Both the position numbers and the translations under genes were made by a program. Of a stretch of DNA of 64,000 bases, positions 39,292 through 51,203 are shown one piece after another. Position 1 is the stretch's first letter, and each line of letters starts with the position of its first letter. The notes beneath the pieces are model-generated. The model was not told where the DNA came from, did no database searches, and saw only the letters and a list, made by a program, of their open reading frames with translations. This DNA comes from the human T2T-CHM13v2.0 reference genome, Homo sapiens. The stretch is taken from assembly GCF_009914755.1 (NCBI RefSeq), contig NC_060925.1; one strand, given 5' to 3'.

Positions 39292-40574
39292 TTATGAGGC
39301 CGTCTCCTCATTTTGCAGATAGGAAAACTGAGGCGTATTTGCCATCACTCTGCTTGTTTGTAGCAAAACAGGGGCTCTCCTGCTTTCCCCTGTAGTTCTG
39401 AGCAAGAAAAGGGGTTTGAAGGGCAGCCTTTCAGCTGGGCAGAGCTGTGCGGGGAGTTTGCATCCAGTACTGCTGGGTTCTAGCCCATTCCTAGGTTGGG
39501 CAGCTCAGCCTCTCCTAGAGGAGAATCTGGCTGCTGAGTGACCCGGTGAATTAATGCAGCTTCTGGCTAGGGGTAGGGGACAGTAAAAGCCAAGGAGCCA
39601 AGATCAGAAAAAGGAATAGCTTCTTCCCATGTGGAATCAAGCTGGGGCTGCCAACCTCCTAGTCAAGAAAGAAAGCTTTTCCTCTCTCTTCCTCCTGTTT
39701 ACCCACAGCGACTGGGGGAGGCTGTACAGAGAGGCAGGTTGAATGTATTCAGTCTGGGATAGGGAGGGAAAGTTCCTCTGGGGCTCCCCCTTCGTCTAGG
39801 GGAGAGGTCAGAAGAACAAAGGTCACAGATGGACCTGCCATGATATGGGAGGAGGCACATGTGTTGCAGTGAGCCATGGAGGGTGGGGGCACAAGAGTTT
39901 GGCAACTCAGACAGGGGAGAAGCCACTGATGGCTTATAAACCAGACAAGGTTCATCCTGAATCCGGAGGGAGGGCAGTGAGAGCCCCATGAACTCACTTT
40001 CTTGAATGTCACTAACATTTCATTTCACCCTCACTCTGCCTTCCTGTCTCTTTTTTTCTCTTTCTCCCTTAACCTTCCTCAGCAGGGGATGGGGGAGTAG
40101 AGGGAGCCGGAAAGGAGGTCTGCAGGCCTCGTTGACTCTGCTGACCATCCACAGCCAGGAGCTGTTGCTGACAGAAAAGAAATGAAGGGGCAGAGATGGG
40201 AGGGAAACCAGATGTCCGCAGTTGCAGCACCATTCTGCGCAGCGTCCCCACTGGGGTCCCTGCTGTAGACGAGAAGCCAGAGCCAGGTGCCAGAGAGGGA
40301 GAGGGGGGGTCTTTGGGGGTGGGGGACGGTGCTGGGCCCCACTCCTGCTTATCCACCCCTCAGTTTCTTTTACCTGGGAAACAGATCACCAAGAGAGGCC
40401 CGTCTGATGCTTTAAGCTGGGAATTTGGTTTATTCTGGGGCAGATGAAAAAGAAATTGCACTGTAGCATCTTACAAAACTGCCCCCTTTTCAACTGGGAC
40501 TGAGAGTTGGAGACTTTTCCTTTAGGCTTTCATGGTACCCTAGACTTCTAAGTTATTTCTACTTCATATTCTAG

Positions 40575-40785
40575 AACTGTACCATCCAGTGTAATAGCCA
40601 CTAGCCACAGGTAGCTATTTATCCTTATATTAATTAAAATTAAGTAAAATAAGAAATTCAGCTTTTCAGGCACACTAATATATGTCAATCTCTCAATAGC
40701 CACATGTAGCTAGTGGCTATTGTATTGAACAGCACAGATATAAAAGTTTTTTCTCATCACAGAATGTTATCTTGGACAGTGCTGT
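40575..40785. mobile_element. MER3 hAT-Charlie DNA transposon
   Basis: 'tagccactagccacaggtagctattt...ctcaatagccacatgtagctagtggctattgtattgaacagcacag...ttggacagtgctg'. Confidence 0.88.
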
Positions 40786-42390
40786 TCTAGGAAGTTTTTA
40801 CTCAAGTGTAACTTTCATTCTTGATTTCCCCAGATGTTCACATGATAGCCTGCTCCTTAGGAATGAGGGCTAACTGGCCCAGAGGATAGATGTGGGGTGG
40901 GTTGAGACAGGGAGGAGGGAAGGGACGGGTAAGAATGTTTATTCTGCCAACCCGAAGGTTTTCTTTAGACTCTGAGTCTCTTTGCCAGTCCTAAGCAATT
41001 TAACTTGCCTGGGGAGGAAGGGGGACGCTGTCTGTAGCAAAAGAGGAATTCAGGTGGTAGCTACAGCCAAATAGGTTTTGCAATCATATTCTGCCTCCCT
41101 TCTCCACCCCCTGCTTAAAAAAAAAAAAACCAAGGAAAGTATACCAAGGCCAGCCCTAGATAAGGTGGGTGTGGTGTCATTACCCTGACTTACTCATCAC
41201 ACCCCAGGGCCTCTACAGGGTTGGGTGTAGGCAGGGATGGAAGGGGCACACAGGCTGGGGATGAGGCAAGCAGTTATGCTTCAGTCAATCTTGAAAGCTG
41301 TTGACATGATGGAGATGGAATGAGAGATGTTAAAGCCAGATATTGGGCACACCCAGCAAAGCCTCCCGCCCAGCTCACCCTTGAGCCTGCGCTGCTTTAC
41401 TCACATTAAGAGATCCGCTGGTGCAGAGAAATCACAAAGAGTACACACACACACACACACGCCTCATGCAGTTCCAGGGAGATTTCTGGAAAGAATCTTT
41501 AGCCCAATTTCTCAGTAAGCCTCAGCTGTTCCCCCAGGCTTAAGCGGGGGGCCAGCAGATGGTCCCAGCTAAATAGGCAAGCCTCCCAGTTCCTCTAAAA
41601 GCAGGGTCTGGGCCCTTCCAAGCCCAACAGTCCAATTAAGCTTTTTGCCCACAGGTGGAAGCAAAAATGAATTTGGGGCCATTCTTCCCTTCTTTTAGGC
41701 ATGGAGCGCTCAGCCCTCCCATCAGCCCCCTCCCTACTCCTGGCATTGGCCCATAAGGAATCCCTGCCTCTCACACTCTGCTCTGAACATTAGGTTCCTC
41801 AGGGATCAAAGACTCCCAGAAAGATTTCCTTCTAAGGTGTCTTCTAGGCTGCAGGGATTTGACTGAACCGTTCAAAGGAAAACTCCTGGCTTGGCCTTGT
41901 TAAGGAGGCCCTCTCAGTCCAGGAGGTGGGGCCTCTCAGGATTAAGGCCACAGATCCAGGTACCTTCGATGATGTTCTTATTTCCTTTTCCCAAGGGCCA
42001 GAAAGTGCTGCAGGGAGATCCTGGTGCCCTGCTCTTCTCTAGAGGCCTCTCCTCGCTGCAGAGCTCATTGGCATGACTGGCATAAATATATCCATATATC
42101 TCTCTATAAATATACATGTCTTTAGCTATATATATCTTTTCTTCTAAAGACTTGGCAAGAATTCCCTACAATCCTTTTCCATGACACTATAGAAAATCAG
42201 CAGAGTCATCAGTTTGATGGTTCCCACAAAGACTGCTTGGGGTTGACCTCTGCAAAGCTCCCTTGAATCTTGCTTCCAGTAACCCAACCTCTTCAGCCCT
42301 CGCCAGCCCCCAACCCCCTGGCAACACAAAACACAACTCGATTTCCTGAAGCTGAAGCTGCCCCTTTATTCCTTGTTGGTCTCTGAAAGC

Positions 42391-42436
42391 AAAAAAAAAA
42401 AAAAAAAAAAAAAAAGAAAAGAAAAAAAAAAAGAAA
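42391..42436. repeat. Poly(A)/A-rich tract
   Basis: Directly visible; no adjacent Alu or L1 body. Confidence 0.9.
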
Positions 42437-43090
42437 CTATCACTTTTGAGCTATTGTCTTAAGAGAATAATAAGCTTTGTGTTCCTCCAGCTGGCTGCAA
42501 AAGGGAATTAGTTGTGCAGTGGGATCCAATGGCACTTAGAGACAGGTGTGGCAAGGAAGAGGTGCTGGTGGTTTCAGAATGGGCCACATCTCTGTGGGTG
42601 AGCAGGAGGGCAGGGCAGATAGAGGTGGTGTCTATCAAGACTTAGCAACCACTGGGGCAGCAGACTAGATGTAGCCCTCCCTGCAATGACTCCTTGCATA
42701 AACAGAAGAAACACCAGTGTACACGCACAGGTGGGGAAAGCATCCCCATGACTTTCTGAGGGAGTTATCACTAGGCACAGATTCTGAGAGCGCTATCTTC
42801 ATCACCCTGCATCATCATTTGTTGGAAGGAGGCCCAGGAGGGTAGGAGGAAAAGGCTGGCTCCTCCGTCTTTTTTAAATCCATCTTTCCTTCTCCACCAT
42901 TAAAGGCTTGGGTAGGTGGAGACAACCCCTGTGACTTCTCTTTGAGGTATTCAGATCCTAGCCACATGTTGACACCATATTTAATCCTGAAACAGGTTTC
43001 CTTTTCTTGATTTTTAAAGTGGGGGTTGGGAGAGGGGGTTCATAAATAGAGAATAGAAAATGCAAAGGAATAAGAGAATCAACAGAGAAA

Positions 43091-43225
43091 TGTACAAAAT
43101 GTAATTTGGCAAAAAAACAAACAAACGGAAAAAAACACAATAAAACCAAAACCCACAACCACACCTCCCATAGCCTTTCTTGTTTTGTATTCTCTCTTTT
43201 TAAAGTTGGGTTGTTATCTTTGCAA
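43091..43225 (+). terminator. Candidate cleavage/polyadenylation site
   Basis: TGTA at 43091 and 43100 (CFIm elements), AATAAA at 43139-43144, CA dinucleotides at ~43155-43170, and downstream U/GU-rich 'ttcttgttttgtattctctctttttaaagttgggttgtt'. Confidence 0.6.
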
Positions 43226-43415
43226 CAGAGAATGCCAGCAGGTGTTGCTGGCAGCTGTTTAATGACAGTGTCAAGAACATCTTTCAGAAAGGTAGGCTTG
43301 GAGGCAGGAGGCGGTGATGGAGAAAATGGGATAGGGGGAGAGTAGGTGGCCCCACATCTGTAGAGAAGTAGCTAAGGAATGAAGGGCTGTCCTGGGAATT
43401 GCAATGTTATTTTGT

Positions 43416-43731
<316 letters not shown>

Positions 43732-45091
43732 TGCAATGTTATTTTGTACAAAATCCTTCCTGTAGGAAGGTGGGGGAGGGACAAGAGACATTTTTCAGTT
43801 TTTTTGCAGACCTAAGAATTTTGAACCAGAATTACATGCAGCTTGCTGTGTCTCTGGACAAATATCTTAGCTCCTCACTCAGCATCTACCACTTTCTTCT
43901 TTATTGTTAGTGACTGTCATGAGGATTAAATGAAAGGACCTGGAGACCCTTAGAGAAGGGTCCCAGCAGTCTCCAGGGGTGATTAGCCCTGCAATTATTC
44001 CACATCTGGAAAAAGTAATAGCTCCCAGACTGGCAGGGTTATGTCATGGACCAGCAAGAGAAAGATGGTTTTTGTTACATAGCCCAGAGAGGCTGATCTT
44101 GGTTCTGTGTGTGTGAGAGAGACCGTAGGGAGGCTGGATTTGGAAGGGAGGGAAGCAGGAGCAACAGCCTGAACAACAAATGCGCTCCAAAGAACACCAC
44201 CTGAACAACTCGAGCTCTGAAATCTTTTCTGCACTGTGCTTTCAGCTTACTTCCCTAAAGCTGACTCATGAAAGCAAACCTGAAACTCTCACAAGATAAA
44301 AAATTTTTTAGAGACAGCAAACCAGCCAGTGCTATGCGAAGACGTCTGCAAGGTACTCTGTCCTATCTGGACTGTTGTTTCCCTTACTGTTAGCACAGTG
44401 ACCAGGATCTTGTAAAAGTCCCTGGCAAGTATTTTCTCCACCTTCAGAGCATTACCAGGCCATGTACTTGCGGGATAAAACCTGCAGGTGTTAGGTTCTT
44501 TCTGATGCTGCTAATCAGATGGGTCAGGTAGCAGAGAGAAGGCAGCACTAACCCTTACATTTGTGCAGTGGTGTGCAGTTACTGTTGCTTTCACACGTAT
44601 CATCTCACTAAATTGCCCCACGATCCTGTGAAGGAGGAACTGAAATGATCAATGTCTCCATTTTAGGGATAAGAGAACTGGGGTGATTTCCCCAAGGTCA
44701 GTGGCTGTAGAGCTGGGACTGAGCTCAGCCCACCCGATTTCTGGGCTTCTCTCCCCCAGCTCCACATTGCACCACCACCAGTGACGCGCACCTGAATATT
44801 TATGAGAATGGAGCCCCCAGATCACGTCTTGAGGGGAAGAACAAAGGAGGCAAGCTTATCTCATGCCTTCAACTAGGCACCTGAGGAAAGAACCCATGTC
44901 CTATTGTCCTTTACACCTACCGTAGCCCAAAACCTACAGAGATTACATGTCACGAGGTTCTAGCAAGATAGGCTGAATGCCTGCTTTAGGGTAGGATAGA
45001 AGAAAAGACACAACAAAGGTATGGAGCCCTCATGGAGGCTGTGAACTTTGAGCCACAAAACTAGGGATTTATGCCTAGGATCCACTGCTTA

Positions 45092-45476
<385 letters not shown>

Positions 45477-46279
45477 CTATGAGAACTAAATGAGAGGAGA
45501 AATGTGAGAGTATACTGCATACTGCAATGTGTAAAGTTGGATCTTCTGGACCCTGCAGTTTCAGAAGTCACCAAAGATAAGATGGCAGAGGGTTGTGGAA
45601 GCTCCTCTTCTTCTGTAGAGCAATGCTTATGTACTCCAGCCCCAGATGGGCTGGATGTAGTGCACCCAGGAAAAGGGATAAGCCACCTTAGGATGGAAAG
45701 GACCTGGTGCATGGCAGGTTCTCTATGAATGAGTTTCCCTTCTGTCTCTAACCATTCCAAAACATTCTCTACGAGAAGCGCAAAGAAAAGGGCAAAAAGA
45801 CAGTCATGAGGACAATCACAAGGACAAGGCATCTTGGGGATCCCTCCAAGCCTTAAGATCCTGAATGATTTCAGGCTACATTTTTAACAGGGTGAACCAG
45901 CACCACTGCTTAACACTTCCAGCCACGTTGTGAATCTCTGCTAAGTTAGGGATGAAGTGGGAGAGTCTTATGGTGATGACTGTCACTCACATGATCATGC
46001 CTGGGGAGGTGGTGGCAGCTGTGGTCTGTGTTACCTGACTCTAAACAGAGGCAGAGCAAAGATAGTGATCTTGTGGTTGACTCAAGGGCCTGGGCTGAGC
46101 TATACACAGGGCCCCACAGGAGGCCCAGAATAGGGAGGGAAGCATGGTCCAGCAGGCCCACCAGAAGGGAACCCTGACTCCTCCTCCCCTTCTCTTTGAG
46201 CTCCTGAGAAGAGATAAAGAGAAAAAAAAAAAAAGCGAACCTGGGGCTGAGGCAGAAGGATGAGCATACTGGCTAGCAT

Positions 46280-46505
46280 TTCCTGAGTATTCCCTCTTTG
46301 CCAAGTACTGCACTAAAAGATGAACACAACTGACCTCACTTAACTTTTGGAGCAACGCTGCAAGGTAGGTATCATCATTCTCATTTTGCAAATGAAGAAA
46401 CCAAAGCTCAATAAGGCTAACTGATTTACCCAATATAATCCTCTTAGATGATAGGATTTGAACCAAGATAGTCTGATGCCAAAGTCCCTACTCTTCCCAC
46501 TACAC
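46280..46505 (-). mobile_element. MIR SINE
   Basis: 'ctcattttgcaaatgaagaaaccaaagctca...ggatttgaaccaagatagtctgatgccaaagtc'. Confidence 0.8.
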
Positions 46506-46994
46506 ACACAGCTCCTGTCCAACAGCCCGCCAGTCAGGAGCTACAAATAAAATCCCACACCTCCTACAGCAGGCACTAAATCAGCACGAGGAGAAGCTGG
46601 AGGTTGGCAGAGAGAAGATCTTTATGAAGACATTTCAGGAGCAGGAGAAATATCTCCACCCTCTTCCCAGCCAAAAGTGTGGTTGTATGTGTAAGATGAG
46701 AAACATTTTGGGGTGGGGGAAGGAGGGTGGAATCTCAAGCTAAAATTACCACCCACACCGAAGTCACCCTGAAGGCAAACTGGGGCCTCAAGGATTTTGT
46801 TCGATTGTGTATGTGTGTGTATATGAGTATAGATGGTAGACTGGGAGAGAAGGAGGCAGAAAAGGGATTTTTTTTTCATTCCCAGTGGCAGTTATGAACA
46901 ACATTTTCCTCCCAAAACTCATGCTTCTCCATCACTTACTTACGTCATGTTTTCTCCTTTCTGACCTTGTGCAGAGAGCTAGCATGCTTTTGTA

Positions 46995-47230
46995 GATGAG
47001 TAGACTTTGGGGCTAGAAGACCTGGGTTTGCTTTTCAAATCCACTACCCACTGAGTTGTTTAATAACTGCATATTATGTGAATAAATGGGAAAATAATTT
47101 AATCTCCCTGAGTCTTAGTTTTCTTATCTCAAAAAATATAGTACCTATGTTGCAGGGCTGTTAGAAAGATCAAATGAAGAGTGCTTAGCACAGTGGTTGA
47201 CACATGGTTGACGCTCCAGAAATGTTGGTT
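46995..47230 (+). mobile_element. MIR SINE
   Basis: 'agactttggggctagaagacctgggtttg...aatctccctgagtcttagttttcttatc...aagatcaaatgaagagtgcttagcacagtg'. Confidence 0.75.
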
Positions 47231-47238
47231 GCCTTGAT

Positions 47239-47451
47239 CAGGGTTTGTCAACCTCAGTACTATCGACATCATGGACCAGATAATTCTTCATTGTGGGGAG
47301 GAAGTCCCATCCATTGTAGGATGTTTAGCAGTATCCCTGGCCTCTACCCACTAGACGCCAATAGCTCTCTTTGCCCAAGACATAGCAATGAAAAGACATC
47401 GCCAGATACTGCCAAATGTCTGCAAAATCACCTCCAGTTGGAAACCACTAG
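47239..47451. mobile_element. MER20 DNA transposon
   Basis: 'caacctcagtactatcgacat...ccagataattctt...cattgtaggatgtttagcagtatccctggcctctacccactagacgcc...ccagttggaaaccact'. Confidence 0.9.
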
Positions 47452-48204
47452 CTTGATGTAATTAATACAGATATTAGCAACAAGTAATATGTTTGACAGC
47501 ACATAGCAGGCCCATATGTAATTGTCATTGTTTTTGAATGAGTGAGTAAATAATTGTATGAATGAACACTCTAATAATGGGCGTTGCTCTGCATCTTCGA
47601 ACCTTTGGTGGCAGGAGTACAGTCTACTCAGTCCTGGACCCCAGAAGGTTGATGGAATCCTCTGTAGTTGTCTTTCAGTGCAGACCTGCCATCTGCTGGG
47701 ATTTGCAGGTGGGGCACTGACAGGTGAGGGAGGCTATGAGCTAAGTGAGGCTAAAGGATTTTTCCCTCTGGAAAAGGGCGGTCCCAAAAGGATTCGGCTG
47801 CAGCACTGCTGGCTTGAATTTCTGTGTATGAGATGTGACTGCCTGAATCATGTGCACTCCCCAAGAACCTTGTTCTTTGCCCATGGCCAGCAACAAACAT
47901 TGGTAAGAATCCCGGAGGTCCTGCCTCACGCGGAAACACAGCACACATCTGCAAGCGCCTTTGACTCACATCAAGAAGGTGCCTCAAAATTGGGGCAGAG
48001 AGATGGCTCCTGTCCTAGGATTTCTTCCCCCTCCCCACTTTTCTCATCTCCTTTTCTTCTTTTAAAACATTTATTGAATGTCTTTTATATTAGCTGTTAC
48101 TATAGATAGAGAGATAATGAATGCAGCCCTTATCCTAAAATCGTGGCGCGTACTGAGGGGAGGGAGAGAGAAAAGAAAAAGGACAATTATAATAGTACAT
48201 ACAA

Positions 48205-48465
48205 CAATAATATTACTGTTTCCTGAGTACACACTCTATTTTGGACACTGATCTATATGCTTTACATGTATTAACTCATTTACATGTCCCTCACAATGAG
48301 CCTGGGAGGCAGAAATTATTATTATTTCCAGTTTGCAAATGAAGAAACAGGCACAGAGAGGTGAGGTTATTGTCACTATGTCGCACAGATATTAAGGGAG
48401 AGAATCAAGAGTTGAACACAGATACTTTGGCCCCAAGGCCTGGACTCTTCTTAAACGCAGTGCTC
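48205..48465 (-). mobile_element. MIR SINE
   Basis: 'gctttacatgtattaactcattta...gcaaatgaagaaacaggcacagagaggtgagg'. Confidence 0.8.
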
Positions 48466-49020
48466 TCCTGCTCTGACAGCCACATAATTGGGGTGCTATG
48501 AAGCACATGGGGGCTTCCTAGAGGAGGTGGTGTATCAGCATGTGGAAGATGAGGAGGTGTTAGCTGGGCACGGGGCAGGGCGAGGGGTTCCTAGTCTGAG
48601 AACACTGCACACAAAGCCCCGAGGTGAGAACAAGCATGAAGACGTGTCAGGGTCAGGGATCCACGAGGCGATTCTTACCCTCCCTGAGTGGACTCCCTCC
48701 CCTTGCCTCATGGTGGGAGTAAGACCCACCCAGCTGATGGGACTCCTACCTTCTGGCCTGATTTGGTTCTCTCAATATTGATTTGGAGCTACCTCTTCAG
48801 CCTCCTCTCTCAGCCCGTGCTGCCTGATTTGGTGTCACAACAAAGACCATGACCCTGACTTTGTCTCCCAGGTGTAACCTTCGAGTCCACTCTTTCCATC
48901 TGCTCTGATCCATTCTCCTGGTCTGGGCCCACTGGCTCCTCTGGCCCACCTCTGGGCCCTGATCTGAATTCTTCCAGGGTTGTCTTGTCCTGCTGCCATG
49001 GACACCGGGTTTGGGGATGG

Positions 49021-49058
49021 TGTGTGTGTGTGTGTGTGTGTGTGTGCACGTGCACACA
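49021..49058. repeat. (TG)13 microsatellite running into an 18-bp palindrome
   Basis: (TG)13 at 49021-49046; tgtgtgcacgtgcacaca at 49041-49058 is self-complementary. Confidence 0.95.
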
Positions 49059-49318
49059 TATGGCAGGTGGTGACTGTGGTGCAGGTATGCCTATTACCCA
49101 GGGTACATAACATGTGATGATCAAACAGACCTAAAATGTCATCATCTGCCATTTGAACCTTTTTTTTTAAACAACAAAAAAACCATACTCCTAACCCTAC
49201 TAGAAGAAATAGATAGATGAAATAGATGAAAGTAAGATACTTTGATTGAAGAAGGGTGGAGTTGGGAGTTGGGAGTGGCCTAGAACTCAAAGGCACACTT
49301 TTTAAAAACCATTAGACA

Positions 49319-49623
<305 letters not shown>

Positions 49624-49639
49624 AAAAACCATTAGACAA

Positions 49640-49790
49640 AGGGTCTTAATATTTTAGGGTCATAGACAACTTTGAGAATCTAATGTAAGCAATGGGCCCG
49701 CTACACAAAAAACTAAATATACAAATGTTTGTAAAACATTTTTCTGGTAGATCACAGACCCCCTGAATCCTGGAACATAGATGAAAACTC
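49640..49790. mobile_element. Old hAT DNA element relic (MER103-like)
   Basis: 'gggtcatagacaactttgagaatctaatgtaagcaatggg...cacagaccccctgaa' resembles the recalled MER103 consensus. Confidence 0.5.
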
Positions 49791-50456
49791 TGTGCATCCA
49801 ACTACCGCAATATCCTCTTCTTACTGATTTTGTAAGGGAGGGTCATAAGGTTTTGGCTGCTGCAGCACAGTGAATGATGAAACCCAGACAGTCCTGGCAT
49901 TGCTTCATTTGCTCAAAGACAGCAGAGGCCCAGGGTTTGGAAAGCACAACCCTTTTTGGGCTCACATTTCCATGACAAGGGCATTGGTGTTAACATTACT
50001 CCCTCATAGCCCTAGGGCCCCTTGGTGCCAGAGATGATTTGTGCCTCAGTTTCCATACTCGTGTAATGCTACTTAGCTCACACATCTAGGCAATGATTAG
50101 TGTGGACAAAGGATGGACATCCATGTTCTAATCTCAGTGTCATTACTGAGTGATAATGACAAATCACTTGACCACTCTGGCCAGTTTCTTCACCCATAAT
50201 ATCGCAGCCCATGGGGCTGTTAGGATTACAAAATGAGATAAAAATGGGCAATATATGTATATTTATGAAAGCTCTTTATATAACTGAAACCAATGAATAA
50301 GTTTAAGAATGTTATTATTATCTTAGCATTTAAGAGACTGACAAGGAGATTCATACCAAGAGAGTTGCTCTCAGGCCTTGGAACCAGGGAGGATAATAAA
50401 GATCTCTTTCACTTAGAAAAGGCAAATTCATGCCCAAAATATAAAAAATTTGTCTG

Positions 50457-50614
50457 GGCTGGTCACAGTCGCTCACACCTGTAATCCCAGCACTTTAGGA
50501 GGCCAAGGCAGGAGGACTGCTTAAGCACAAGAGATTGAGGCTGTAGTGAGCTATGTATGATTGCACAACTGTACTGCAGCTGGGGTGACAGAGTGGGACC
50601 TGTCTCTAAAAAAA
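50457..50614 (+). mobile_element. Alu monomer (FRAM-like or left/right-arm chimera of an AluJ)
   Basis: Left-arm-type 'cccagcacttt' joined directly to right-arm 'gaggctgtagtgagctatg...gacagagtgggacctgtctc'. Confidence 0.88.
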
Positions 50615-51169
50615 CTTTTTAAATGTAAAATAAATAACGAAAAATTTTATTAAAAAAATTTTTTTTATTTTTAAATAAAAAACACTTGTCCAGGATCATT
50701 CACCTGAGTCCTGGGGGTGGGAACTTAAGGGGGTTCATAGCTTAGGGCGCATAGCTCTGGATAATCCAGCAATGGTTTGTAATCCTGGAGTCGTTTACTC
50801 CATCTTTTTAGGCCTATCCCTCAGCCAAGGAAAGAGACTGTGAGAACAGCCTCTTGCCACAGTTCCCCTGGTACGTTGTGCTCAGGTTGGGAGCCCCTGT
50901 CTGCTACTAGATGCAAATCAATTTCCAAGTTCACAGTGATGGGAAAACTAGAAGGCTCTTCATAGGTTCTGCCTGCTGTTAATGAGCTGATCTGGGGGAA
51001 AGGGCCGAATGAAAATGAACAATCACTACCTAGAGTCACCGGAGTGCTCCATGCAGCCCACCCGATGTATGTGTTTTATGCAGTGCTTAGGCTGCTGGTG
51101 CCTGAGGCCTGAAGGCAGGTTTATGAGATTAAAGCCCAGTGCCCAATAAATAATTTAGCAGCTTACTGC

Positions 51170-51203
51170 AAAAAAAAAAAAAAAAAAAGAAAGAAAAAAA
51201 AAA
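51170..51203. repeat. Poly(A)/A-rich tract 19 nt after an AATAAA
   Basis: ATTAAA at 51128, AATAAA at 51145-51150, then the A-tract. Confidence 0.9.

Larger units (their letters stand above)
40083..43170 (+). other. Candidate terminal exon / 3' UTR of an unidentified + strand transcript
   Basis: Branch-point-like CACTAAC at 40010, ~97-nt AG-free zone, long pyrimidine tract and CAGCAG acceptor (AG 40081-82). Stop codons occur in all three frames within ~100 nt. A canonical poly(A) site follows at 43139. Confidence 0.45.

Noticed and set aside
47558-48109. Longest ORF (183 aa), and similar 150-180 aa ORFs at 10779, 30836, 36273 and 51209
   Set aside because: No domain similarity; lengths are plausible by chance in six frames of 64 kb.
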